From assembly GCF_963921235.1 (NCBI RefSeq), contig NC_086107.1:99078001-99142000 (forward strand): 64,000 nucleotides of DNA. The letters are read 5' to 3'. Position 1 is the stretch's first letter. Each line of letters begins with the position of its first letter. Positions 1 to 11,985 of this stretch are shown in pieces. A program made the translations under genes and the position numbers. The DNA is from Mobula hypostoma (lineage: Eukaryota). Under the pieces are notes generated by a model that was not told the origin of the DNA, made no database searches, and worked only from the letters and a program-made list of their open reading frames with translations.

Positions 1-1050
1 CCCCTCCTCTCTCTCTCCCCTCCTCTCTCTCCCCTCCTCTCTCTCCCCTCCTCTCTTCCCCTCCTCTCTTCCCCTCCTCTCTCTCCCCTCCTCTCTCTCC
101 CACCTCTCTCTCCCCTCCTCTCTCTCCCCTCCTCTCTCTCCCCTCCTCTCTCTCCCCCTCCTCTCTCTCTCCCCTCCTCTCTCTCTCTCCCCTCCGCTAT
201 CTCCCCTCCTCCTCTCTCTCTCCTCCCCTCTCTCTCCGCTCCTCTCTCTCCCCTCCTCTCTCTCTCCCCTCCTCTCTCTCCCCTCCTCTCTCTCCTCCTC
301 CTCTCTCTCCCCCTCCTCTCTCTCTCCCCTCCTCTCTCTCTCTCCCCTCCGCTATCTCCCCTCCTCTCTCTCTCCCCTCCACTCTCTCCCCTCCTCTCTC
401 TCCCCTTCTCTCTCCCCTCTGCTCTCTCCCCTCCTTTCTCTCTCCCCTCCGCTCTCTCCTCCTCTCTCTCCACTCCCCTCTCTCTCCCCTCTGCTCTCTC
501 CCCTCCTTTCTCTCCTCCTCTCTCTCCACTCCCCTCTCTCTCCCCTCCCCTTTCTCCCCTCCTCTCTCTCCCCTTCTCTCTCTCTCCCCTCCCCTCTCTC
601 ACCCCCTCTCTCTCCCCTGCTCTCTCTCTCCCCTCCTCTCTCTCCCCTCCTCTCTCTCCCACCTCTCTCTCCCCTCTTCTCTCTCCCCTCCCCTCTCTCT
701 CCCCTCCCCTCTCTCCTCTCCTCTCTCTCCCCTCCCCTCTCTCTCCCCTCCTCTGTCTCCCCCTCTCTCCCCTCCTCTCTCTCTCCCTCCTCTCTCTCCC
801 CTCCTCTCTCTCCCCTCCTCTCTCTCACCTCCTATTTCTCCCCTCCCCTCTCTCCCCTCCTCTCTCTCTCCCCACCTCTCTCTCTCCCTTCTCTCGCTCC
901 CCTCCTCTCTCTCCCCTCCTCTCTCTCCCCTCCGCTCTATTCCCTCCTCGCTCCCTTCCCTTCTCCCCTACACTCTCTCTCCTCTCTTTCCTCCTCCACC
1001 TCATTCTCCCCTCTCCATCCTCTTCCCCCATCCTTCCCACCCCTCTCTTT
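1..1050. repeat. Polypyrimidine/polypurine (CT/CCCCT)-rich low-complexity tract
   Basis: Almost purely C/T on the + strand, with recurring units such as CTCTCTCCCCTC; the R/E/G-rich ORFs over it are artefacts. Confidence 0.97.
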
Positions 1051-3037
1051 CACTAATTGTTCTATTTTTATCACTCTTATCTGTTTTTGATTCTGTTCCC
1101 TGCAAAACTGCGGAGGTGTGGTTTCCATATCGAGAGATGTTTGTGTATTTGTCGACTTAACGATAAGATTAACTGATGCGAGAGCAGCAGCCACTCATAG
1201 CTCAGGAACTGTCTCAGGCCCACTGGACTGGCACGGAACCAGCGACGGGGACGGGCACCTGTGTTCCAAACAGTGGGAGGAAGCGTTTGTAGGCAGGACA
1301 GGGCCAGTGACCCAGAGCCCCGACTAACACTTCATAAACAGGTTCGAATCCCACCACAGCAACTGTGTAATTTAAATTCAGTTGAATATCTGAATTTTTT
1401 TTTAAATGCAGGTAACAACAGGACAACAGCGTTGCCAGATGCCCCCATCAGGCCTGGCACCTATCGCAGGGAGAGGAATAGTCAGTGTTTCAGGTCAGAA
1501 CCAGGGAAGTGGGAAAGCAATCAGCCTTTAAGTTACAGAGAGGGAGAGGGGTGGAGTGAACTCTGACCCAGGTTGTCATGGCAACCATTATTATAAGTTC
1601 TGGCCACACGTCATCTCCAAAGATTCTTTCCTGGAGCCAGGCAGCTTCTCAACAAAGCCCACTCAGGTGTAATATCCTCACACTCCCTGCACAGCATCCA
1701 TTAAATGATCCTCCCTGCTGTCCTTGTCCTGCTGATAATTGCTGAGTCTATTCGTACGTTCACATTTATTTATGTGTGACTGTACTGGCAATAAAGTGAA
1801 TCTGATTCTGACTTATGAGACGAGAAAGGAGACAACATATCCGGCAGCGTTCATGGACAGACGGTGAGAACTTGGTTACCTGAAATAGCTGAACTCTGCA
1901 CTAATTCTTCATAGCTACAGTGGGCCTGGACCAGAAGATCAGGTGCTGTTCTCAACCTTATTTTGGGCATTGTCGGCACAATGCGGAAGGCCGAAGAGAG
2001 AGCGGACAGAGTGGCTGGGAGTGTGAAAGTGACCGGAAGCTCAGCTGTGGCCTGAATGGAGGTGTTTCCTAAAACAAATATCTAATCTGGTTTGGTTTCT
2101 CAAGTATGGAGGAGACGATGTTTTTAGTCCACTAGATTGGAAGTGCAGGTGAATCACAGGCGGAGCATCTTCTGTTGTGTTAAGAGGAAGGGGGAAGGTG
2201 TTGGAGGAGATGGACAAACGGACTGGAGGGACAAGATGGGAATGTGAACTTGGAGATGCGGTGGGAAGTGAGCACCAGGGAAACCGTCCTTGTTCTGACC
2301 AGGCTTCTCTAACATCTCCACCTAATTAGCGAGGTGGGATTGCCCTCACATAAAGCTGTGCTGACCATCCCTGATTAGTGTCTTCCTCCCCAAAGGAACA
2401 TAAATCCCTGTGAATATATTCCATCCATTTTGTTCCCACTGACGTGAGGCTGTAGTCACTTGGCCTGTTGCCCTTCCTAACTAAACAAGAAACATTAGCT
2501 ATCATTCAGCCTTCTGATAACTTGCCTGTAGCTATAAACAAGTCTATTAAACCCAGTCACGTTCCTCCATCGCTTCCCTTAGCATATTAGGATAGATCTT
2601 TACCAGCCCTGGGGATCCCTTATTCATTCTGAGATAGTTAACATCTCCGCCTTCTTAACACTGACACGCTGCAGACTATTAATGTACCTCTCCCTCTACT
2701 CACTCTCCTCCATTCCATTCTCCTGGGTGAGTACCGATGAGACATATTCATTTAGGATCTTGCCCACGCCCCCTGGCACCACACGTGGATTATTGCTTTG
2801 GTCCCTAAAGGGACCCACTCTTTCCCACGCCACCCTCTTGCTCCTAATAAGCTCTAAGAAAGACTTAGGTCAATCTAACGACAAGGGTATTCTGCCCTTG
2901 TAAACTCTTTTTTAAATACTCCTCAGAACCTTCTGTATTTCTCAAGGTATTCATTTGATTTTAGATGCCTTTAGCCCTGACCAAACTTTCAATAACTTTA
3001 GTCACGCAAGCTTTCTTGATCTTGTTCCATTTTCCTT

Positions 3038-3267
3038 TTGTAGTGTAATTAATATTTCAGTAATATCTGAGTAACCTTGTATGTATGTTGTTTGAATAAA
3101 TGTTCTTGTTCATTTAAATAAATCATTACGGGTTATAAATACGTGAATTGCGTAGGTCAGCACACCACCACATAATATGCGCGCACCTTGCTTAAAGTAA
3201 ACTGGAAGTTAGGCTCACATCTCAGACTCCCATGTCTTTCTTTCAATTAGTTTAATGTTACAAAACA
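3038..3267 (+). mobile_element. Probable solo LTR (Gypsy-like), same family as 9933-10367
   Basis: TG...CA ends, AT-rich; shares blocks with the reverse complement of 9933-10150 (e.g. taaagtaaactggaag, aattagtttaat). Confidence 0.55.
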
Positions 3268-3460
3268 TAGCCTCTTACGTCCTCACAAGAATGAGCTGAC
3301 CTAGCTCCCTTTGTATATAATATATTATAGGTTGTCAGTTGTCATTTTAACTGCAACCATTTTCTTCCAATCTATTTTTGTCAAGTACTCTCTTGCATCA
3401 CTGTTCCTCCAGTTTCTCCTTATCTGGGGAGTTGGTTTATTATTGTCACATATACTAAGA

Positions 3461-4015
3461 TGTGGTCACACACTGGCTGTGTGCTGATGAAGGCACAACA
3501 GTGCCTCTTTCACCTCAGACAGTTGAAGAAGTTTGACATGAGACCCCGAATCCTAAGAACTTTCTACAGGGGCACGATTGAGAGCATCCTGACTGGCTGT
3601 ATCACTGCCTGGTACGGGAACTGTACCTCCCTCAATCACAGGACTCTGCAGAGAGTGGTGCGGACAGCCCAGCGCATCTGTAGATGTGAACTTCCCACTA
3701 TTCAGGACATTTACAGTGACAGGTGCATAAAAAGGTCCCAAGACACCCAACCACAAACTGTTCCAGCTGCTTCCATCCAGGAACCAGTACCATAGCATTA
3801 AAGCCAGGACCAACAGGCTCCAGGACAGCTTTCTTCCACCAGGCCATCAGACCGATTAATTCACGCTGACACAATTATATCTCGAAGCTATATTGACTGT
3901 TCTGTTGTATATCTTACTCTATGTGCTATTTATTACAAATGACTATAACTTGCACATTCAGACAGAGGTGTAACTCCTCATGTATGTGAAGGATGTAAGA
4001 AGTAAAGTCAGTTCA
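3461..4015 (+). mobile_element. Rex1/Babar-type non-LTR retrotransposon 3' fragment
   Basis: ORF KAQQCLFHLRQLKKFDMRPRILRTFYRGTIESILTGCITAWYGNC is a typical Rex/Babar RT C-terminus, followed by a 3' UTR. Confidence 0.85.
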
Positions 4016-4467
4016 ATTCGATACGGTAAAACACTTGTCTATACCGTTCATACAGGACAAATCCTTACACTGGTAGAATAAGGTAAAACAATAACAATGC
4101 TGAATAAAGTTTAAAGCTACTAAAAAAGTGTATAGTACAGGGAAATGATAAGGTGCAAGATCATAACAACGTAGATTGTGAGGTCAAGAGTCCATCTTCC
4201 TCCAGTTTCTGTTGGGGACCAACGTTATCCCTTTTCAGTAGCTACCTTAAAAGGTACAGAATTATGACAGCTGTTACCAGAGTGTTCCGCCATCTATAGT
4301 TCCTCCATCTGCCCAGTTTAATCTTCTAAACTGGGGTCAAGTACAGCCCATTCTCCGGTTGAACTATCTAATAAAGTGTCAGTAAACTATTTCGGACACA
4401 CTTAAATTCTGCTTCATCCGAGCCTGTTGTATTAAGGAAATCCCAGTCAACATTGGGAAAGTTGATA

Positions 4468-4770
4468 TTTTTCTACTGAAGTGGTTTGCCATTGCCTTCT
4501 TCTGGGCAGTGCCTTTACAAGACGGGCGACCCCAGCCATTATCAATACTCTTCAGAGATTGTCTGCCTGGTGTCAGTGGTCGCATAACCAGGACTTGTGA
4601 TGTGCACCGGCTGCTCATACGACCATCCGCCACCTGATCCCATGGCTTCATGTGACCCTGAACGGGGGTGGGGGGCTAACCAGGTGCTACACCAGCGACC
4701 TGCAGGCTACTGGAGGGAAGGAGTGCCCTCACACTCACAATGGTAGAGATGTACCTCCACCCCACTACCC
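4468..4770 (-). mobile_element. RTE/BovB-related SINE-like element
   Basis: Contains gaagtggtttgccattgccttc (RTE/BovB 3'-tail motif); a second copy lies on the + strand at about 19640-19960. Confidence 0.65.
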
Positions 4771-5789
4771 GGTCCCATGATTAGGATAGGGTTAAATCAG
4801 GGTTTGTTGGCCAACACAACTCGAGCGGCCGCTAGGGACTACTCTGCACTGTATCTCAACAAATAAGTAAGTAAATAAACAATTTCGTACCCTTGCCGGT
4901 TTAAGTAGCCCAGTCAACGTGCAGATTAAAGTCACCCATGATAATTGCAGCTCCTCTCTTCCCTTACTTTGACATGTCCCCAATCTGCCTTGTCTCATTG
5001 TAAGGCCAAGAACATTCCCAGCATGCACTTCCAGCATCTGCAGTTTATTTTCCTCCAGGGGCGGCAACAGAACGGCAGCAAACCCTCTCTGGTTCGCTTC
5101 AGGGGAGAAGTCCTCCACACCCTCACCCGGACCGGTGCATATACGACTCCAGACCCAGCCACGGGGTTGTCTCCTGAGGACACTCCGAAGCGGTCCCACA
5201 GTCCTCTCAGTCCAAGGGCAATATATATGGCCTTCACAACGAGCCCCGATAAAGAAAGGTGAACGAAGGGAAAAACGAAAAGTGTAACAATAATAGAACT
5301 GGACTTCAAAGGTGCCAGTGACTGATATAGACTCAGGCTGAGGTGTGTGGAAGGCACAAGAAGTAGAGACGCTGCCTTATAGCTCGAGCGATCGAGGTTC
5401 AGTCTTGACCTTGGGTTACGTTACACACACTTCACCGCAGCAGTTTCCGGGGAAACTGTCCACCAATGCAGCTCAAAGGTCAAAGTAAATTTATTACCAG
5501 AGAATGCATACGTCACCTTGAGATTCATTTGATTGCAGGGACTTAAAAGAAAAGAGAAAAATGCAATAGATTTTGCAAATAGGATCATCAGGTATATTTA
5601 AAGTGGAGGTTGATTAATCAGGGCATCGAAGGTTATGGCGAGAAGGCAGGAAAATGGGGATAAGTTAGCTATCATGGAATGGTGGAGCAGACTCGATGGG
5701 CTGAATGGCCTAATTCTGCTCCTATGTCTGACTGTGGTCAAATCATACCCATAAACAAACAAACAAGTCAGTAAATACTGACAACATGA

Positions 5790-6170
5790 GCTGCGGAGTG
5801 GCTGAGAGGGAGTCCGCAGGTTGTAGAGTCTCTTCAGCACTGGGGTGGGAGAGGTTACCCACGCTGGTTCAGGAGCCTGATGGTCGTAGGGCAGTAACCG
5901 TTCCTGAACCTGGTGGTGTGGAACCCAAGGCTGTACCTCCTGCCCAATGGTAATAGTGAGAAGAGAGCACGGGCTGGAGGGTGGTGAGGGGGTCCTTGTG
6001 GCTTTCTTGTTGCAGCGCTCCTCGTAAATGTGCCCGGGGTGGGGAAGGCTTTGCCTGTGACAGGCTGGAAAGGATTCACCACTTTCTGTAGTCTTTTCCA
6101 TTTACGGACATTGCTGTTCCTGTACCAGCCCATGATGCAGCCAGCCAAGCACAGCTTCCATCTCCCTTGT
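5790..6170 (-). mobile_element. Rex/Babar 3' fragment
   Basis: Translation LAGCIMGWYRNSN...KRLQKVV...TTRFRNGYCPTTIRLLNQ. Confidence 0.75.
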
Positions 6171-6233
6171 GTGATAAGATGGATTCTTGGCCTCACAATC
6201 TACCTCAAATGTATTTGATGATTCTACTGTACA

Positions 6234-6819
6234 GCGGTTCCCAAGGTTGTCATAGCCGGGGGTGGCAGTGGGGATAAGCTCCCACCGATTATAAAGTGCT
6301 CCAAATGGCATGCGTCTCTAACATCCTCTGACAACCAAATCCAACTCTTGACCTTCACATGTGGCTAATCTACTAGGCCCGGTGGAACTGTTTCTACTGA
6401 CAAGGGAAGGGTCAAAGGCGGACCACTTCAACCTCAAACCCAGTTGTTTCGGGCTGGTGGGGCTCGTCAGCCCGCCTGGGAGAAGGAAAACTCTGATTTT
6501 AAACCTCTGCTGCCTTGTGGCCATACCCACCCACGGGGAAGGCCTAGGGAGTAAACCCCGAGGAAGAAATCCGGAGCCGGGGTCCCTAAGGCAGTTTGAT
6601 GTTGTTTACAGCTTCACTCTGGAAGCGACGACACTGGTGCCAAGCTGTATTGGTGCTTGCCCTTCCCTTGGACTACGTCAGTGACGTGGAGGGGGTGAAC
6701 CTGCAGCATGGACAACAGCCGGTTCTTCAAATCTTCCCGCCCAGGCTTACGCCCTGGAGAGGACACAGTCCACCAGAGGCGCAAACACACAATCCCCAGG
6801 GATCGATGGCTGCCTACTA
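6234..6819 (+). mobile_element. Non-autonomous RTE-related retroelement (586 bp) with 8-bp TSD
   Basis: Flanked by ACTGTACA at 6226-6233 and 6820-6827; contains an RTE-like 5' UTR motif (ggagaaggaaaactctgat); its 3' part resembles the tail of the SINE at 38958-39286. Confidence 0.65.
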
Positions 6820-8214
6820 ACTGTACAACTTTCTGGGGCAGAGAATTCCAGAGATTCCCCCATGCGCTGAGAGAAAGCCCTCCTTCCAGAAGGCTCCAGG
6901 ACCACTTCTACCCCTCTGGTTGCCAGCCTGCTGAACCGACCACCAGCCCCGGCCTGAAACGCCGACTGTTTACTCTTTTCCATAGATACTGCCAGGCCTG
7001 CTGAGCTCCTCCAACATTTCGTGTGCGTGGCTCTCGCTTGATACGTTGGACTCTCTACCTCATTATGATTTTGCACTTTATCGTCCACTTTCTCTGTATC
7101 TTTACCACTTTATTCTGTGTTGTTATTGTTTTACCTTGTTCTACCTCAATTGCACTGTGTAATGATCTGATCTGTATGAACAGCCTGCAAGACAAGCGTT
7201 TCACTGTACAGTATCTCCGTACCTGTGGCAATAATAAACCATCTCCAACACCAATAAAAGAGGTTTTTTTTTTCTGTGCACAGGAGCAACCTTACTCATT
7301 TTCACAGTTTCACAAGTCAGGAAGTGGTTCTGAGAATTAGGTTAAGCAAGATGAGTGTGTTGGGTCGTTGTCAATTATCACTGTGTAATTACTGTAGAAT
7401 GCGTGGTCCAGAACGTTTCTGAGAGCAGTTCTCAGCTGGGAAGGGCGAAAGTCCACGATTTACGAAGGAGCTCAGAGTAAGCTGAGGAAAGGTGACTGAA
7501 GGGTCCCGGTGGGTGCGCCCTGGCTCCTACACCAACGCGCAGTCCTACCATGGCCTCTGATTGCTGGAACAGCGAGAGCCGTGAAGTGTGAGAGCTGAGG
7601 GGTGGAATGCCGTTGGTTGCTTGGGAATGTAATTCTAGTGTCTGTGTCAGCCTTCGGCGGGGGGGGGGGCGCGGGATTCCTGCAGGACACAGGGGTGGCT
7701 ATCAATAACAAGATGATAACTGAGAGACTTGTTAATAAACAAACTGTAGTAGTTATTCTCAGTGAGAGCTAACAGAAAACACAATATATCCTGGTTAATA
7801 CGAATTCACGAGTGGAATACATCACAGCAGCAGTGGTGAGCGGGGGGGTAGGGGGTGGGTGGGGAGAGAATACAGCTGAGTGGGTAGTCCAGGCTGTGAC
7901 CCCTCCAGGGTTGAGCACCTTGTCTGGGACGTCTGGGGGCCCAGCCTCACCCTCGCTGTAACAGCCGCTGATGTTGACCGTACTGATCCCCCCCACCCCC
8001 AAGATCTCTCCACCACGATCCAGCTGGGGCAGGTCTCAGTGGCCTGAGTTCATTCGCACACGTCCAGTCCTTGCCAGCACAGTAACAGCAGTGTCTCTCC
8101 CTCCCACCCTCCAACTGGATATCTGCCATCGTCCCTGCCAACTGCTGTACTACCCTCTCTGCCTATCCCTCCCTCCATCTCCACTTGATCCCCTCTGTTT
8201 GCTCTCTCTCTCAT

Positions 8215-8245
<31 letters not shown>

Positions 8246-8545
8246 GTCACTCCCTCTTTCCTTCTCTCTTTCTCTCTCCACTATACTAATTCCCTTTTTT
8301 TAATTGCATCCATCAGACTCTGCCCCCTCTCTCTCCCCTAAACTCCCTGCTCTTTTTCACCAACATGCTCTATCTATCCTGTCCCTCTTTCCTCTAATAA
8401 GTTCCTTTCCGTCTTCATTTCCTCTTTCTACCTCTTAACCTCTCTTTCTCTCCTTCCGTTTCCTCCCTCCTTTCCCGCCGCTTGCTCCTCCCTCCCTGCT
8501 GTCTCCGCGGTCGCTCCCAGCCCCGCACCCCCCGCCCAGACCCAC

Positions 8546-8819
8546 CTGTCAGGATGGACAGCCTCCTCATGGCAGGGAAGGGGTGGTTGCCGGAGGTGTC
8601 GAGGATGTCCAGCTGATAGATGTCACCCCGGATGTTGTAAACCTTGCGGTGGAAGTCTTCGATAGTGGGAGTGTAGAGCTCCTCGAACCTGCTGTTGAGG
8701 AAGCGCGACACTATGCACGACTTCCCCACTTTGGAGGCGCCCAAGATCACCATCCTGTAGGAGTTCTTGGCTGGGACGTTGAGCATGGCAGGAGTCGAGT
8801 GGAAAGGCTTCGTCATCAT
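8546..8819 (-). CDS. RASD2: RASD family member 2 (Rhes) small GTPase, first coding exon (91 codons + 1 nt)
   Basis: MMTKPFHSTPAMLNVPAKNSYRMVILGASKVGKSCIVSRFLNSRFEELYTPTIEDFHRKVYNIRGDIYQLDILDTSGNHPFPAMRRLSILT(G) matches the RASD G1/G2/G3 motifs; the short MM-start N-terminus and VPAKNSYRM favour RASD2 over RASD1. Acceptor cctctctttcccag ends at 8825 (exon starts 8824); phase-1 GT donor (ACAG|GTGGGT) at 8545, the known RASD intron position. The ORF-track extension to 8415 is intron read-through. The last exon was not found in the window. Confidence 0.93.
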
Positions 8820-9654
8820 CCTACCTGGGAAAGAGAGGTTTCCATTTAGATGGACGTTACTGAGGCCCTTTGAAGTTCAAAGTACACGTATTATCGAAGT
8901 GTGTGTACTACATACAACCTTAAGTTTCGTCTCCTTGCAGGCAGCCACAAAACAAGGAAACATAATAGAACCCATTTAAACAGGACCGTCAAACACCCAG
9001 TGTGCAGGAAAAGATCGTGCAAACAATAAAATCACATTCAGATCTGAAGTTCACGAAAGTGAGTCCACAGCCACAAAGCCAGTCATCACTGCAGCCGGTC
9101 CAGGAGCCTGTTAGTTGCAGGCCACAGCCTCAGTTCAGCACAGAGACAAGTAAACCTCAGGGAGCAGTGAGCTGAACACCAGCCCTGACACCCTGACCTT
9201 TTCAATCTGGCCCAGTGCTTAAATCGGCCAAGCCTTGGGTTGTTCCTCACTCTCAGATCTGGGACCTCCTGGTCTGTTATGCTCTCAGGCCTGGGCCCCG
9301 CAGCCTCGATTCAAGAGGACAGGCCGATCCATTTTTAGACAATGTATTTTAAACCCCTCTGTACCCAGTGTGATGTTACAACGAGAGCCCAATCACAGAG
9401 AATCCAGCCTCACATTTGAGCCCGTCCAGATGCAGATGCGGTTGCCCCAGTGATCTGCCTGGACAGGTGCAGGTCCTGGAGACCTCTCTTTCCAACTCCG
9501 GCCCCTTTCCGTCCCAGGAGAGAGGCTGTAGGAAGGGCAGAGGCCCAGTTCACCCACAGCACCCTGTACTTGGATCACACAATGTGAGCAGGTAGGAGGG
9601 AGGGAAAGAGAGAGGAAGAAGAGAAAAGAGGGAGTTTAGAAGAATGAAGGAAGG

Positions 9655-10457
9655 GGGATCTCAGTGAAACCTACCAGATACTGAAAGGCCTAGACAGAGT
9701 GGACACAAAGAGGATGTTTCAAATAGTGGGAGAGTCTAGGACCAAAGGCACAGAATTGAAGGACATCCCTTCAGACAGAGATGAGGAGAAATTTCTTTAG
9801 CTAGAGGGTGGTGAATCTGTGGAATTCATTGCCACAGACGGCTGTGGAGGCCAAGTCATTGGGTATATTTAAAGCGCAATTTGATAGGTCCTTGATTAGT
9901 CAGGGTGTCAGGAAGAAGTCAGAAAATTAGGGTTGTTTTGTTTTGTAACTTCAATATATTAAACTAATTCAAAGGAAGACAGGGGACACCAGGAATGCAG
10001 ATCTAGCTTCCAGTTTACTTTATGTAAGGTGTGCGCATCTCAGGTTGTAGCGTGATGGCTTATGCAATTCAGGTAATAATTACATATAATTATTTAAATG
10101 AACGAGAATGCTTAATCAGCCAATATATATATATATACAAGATTGTTATTCCTCTCTGCGGCAACTTTGCCATTTCGTTAGCATTTGTTGTTTTTTTTTT
10201 ACGAGGCCGAGTTGCTAGCTGGACACTCTTCTCAGCATGGATGGAAAGCATGCAGGGAGCCGGCTGGATTCGAACCCGGGACTGCTTGCCTCGAAGTCCG
10301 ACACAGATGCCATTACACCACTGGCTGGTGCATACAGAAGAATACTCAAATATTAAATACAAAACATTGAAAGAGAAAATAAATCAGCCATGATCAAGTG
10401 GTTGAGCAGACTCGATGGGCCAAATGGCCTAATTCTGCTCCTATGTCTTATGGTCTA
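9655..10457 (+). mobile_element. CR1 3' fragment interrupted by a solo LTR (about 9933-10367, minus), which is itself interrupted by a tRNA-SINE
   Basis: CR1 3' motifs (agagggtggtgaatctgtggaattc ... aaatcagccatgatc ... cctatgtcttatggtc) are split by an AT-rich TG...CA segment. Confidence 0.75.
10165..10330 (-). mobile_element. tRNA-derived SINE
   Basis: Minus strand has A box TGGTGTAATGG and B box GGTTCGAATCC; a second copy lies at about 35925-36133. Confidence 0.8.
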
Positions 10458-11799
10458 GTGGTCAATGGCAGACTAGTTACAAAAGGATCATCAATGCCAT
10501 GCAAAAGTTAGTCTCATTGCGCTGTCCTCACCTCACAGCCTGAGAGTCCTTGCCTTTCAGATGGTAATTGAGCTCTCTTTTGAATACTGCCGTTGAATTT
10601 TCCTCCACCTGCACCTTGGCAGAGTGTGCAGGAGTCTGACCACTTGCCGTATAGAGAACGCCTCTCCTCAAATCACTTTCAGTTCTTTTGTCATTCCCCT
10701 GCCGTCTCCTCCCAGCACTGTAAAACCTACATCAACGGCAATAGTTTCTATTTGTTCTTCCTGTATCCTTCATGATTCCCCTTATTGCCCTTTATTCCAA
10801 GCAGAACAATCCCAGTTTCCCAATCCTGAGCCTCTTGTCCTTGGAATCAGCTTCATAAATCTTTTCTGCCCCTTCGTCAAAGCCGTCACAACCTTCCTAA
10901 AGCGCAGCCCATTGGGCTCCTGTTTCTGCTGAACCATTGTTCCAGAAAGGTTCCTTGCGACTTCCTTGTTCTTTACACCTCTGTCGCTAAACCTCAGGAT
11001 TCTTACAATATTTGTCAACTTGTCCTGCCACTTCCAGTGAAATCAGCACATCAGCCCTGACCCCTCACCTGCGGTCCTTTCAGAACCGCGTCCGCTAGTT
11101 GGTCTGGGCTCCTCTCATTAAAATAGATAGAGATCTCTCACCAAATAGATAGATAGAAAGGTACTCGATTGATCCCAAAGGAAACTAAGTGTCACAGTAG
11201 CATTACAAGTGCACAGATGTACAAATATATAAATAATAAAAATAAGTTACCTCAAACAACCTAACAGGAGGGAGTCATCACTTTCCCGGCTATAGGGTGA
11301 CTCATGATAGAGCCTAATGGCCGAGGGTAAGAATGACCTCATGTCGCGCTCTTTGGAGCAGTGCAGTCGTCTTACACAGAGAAGTTAACAATGAAAGACA
11401 GTTACATTAGAGTGATTAGTAAAGAGAGAGAGGAGGAGGGGGGAAAGAGGTAGGGAAGAGAGAAGGGGAGAAGGAAGGGCAGAGGGAAGAGGGAGAGGGG
11501 GAGGGAGAGAGATTGGCTGATAAAGGGATCTTTGCAAGCCTTTTTTTGAGGCACAATATACTTCAGCTCATTGTCTCTCTGGATAGACACTATAACCACA
11601 AGCAATTTAGGTAATGATTTCTCAAAGCCACATATCCAGAACTGCAGATGTGCCAAGTAGACGGAAACATGAGAAAACAAAGAATGTCAAAACTGTGGTG
11701 AGTGTATCTGAGTGAAGGGAAGTTTGAGGCCAAGCACTTTTGACCGAAAGGGACTTTATTCAGAGTTGCTGCTCAATGGGGAGGTGATGTAAAGAAAGG

Positions 11800-11985
11800 C
11801 AACAAGCAAAGTGCTGGAAGAACTCAACAGGTCAGTCAGCATCTGTGGAGGGACATGGGCAGTCAACGTTTCTGGATTCCACATAATATGTCTCAATATG
11901 AACTGTCAACTGTCCATTTCCCTCTGCAGATGCTGCCTGACCTGTTGAGTTCTTCCAGCATTTTGTTGTTTGATCCAGATTCTGG
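11800..11985. mobile_element. Penelope-derived palindromic short repeat
   Basis: Inverted arms tgctggaagaactcaacaggtcag / ctgacctgttgagttcttccagca; same family as 36168-36762. Confidence 0.7.

Noticed and set aside
197..1194. Arg/Glu/Gly-rich ORFs
   Set aside because: Artefacts of the CT-rich tract.
8415..8545. C-terminal extension of the RASD2 ORF (GSGRGVRG...)
   Set aside because: Lies beyond the conserved GT donor and is low-complexity intron sequence.
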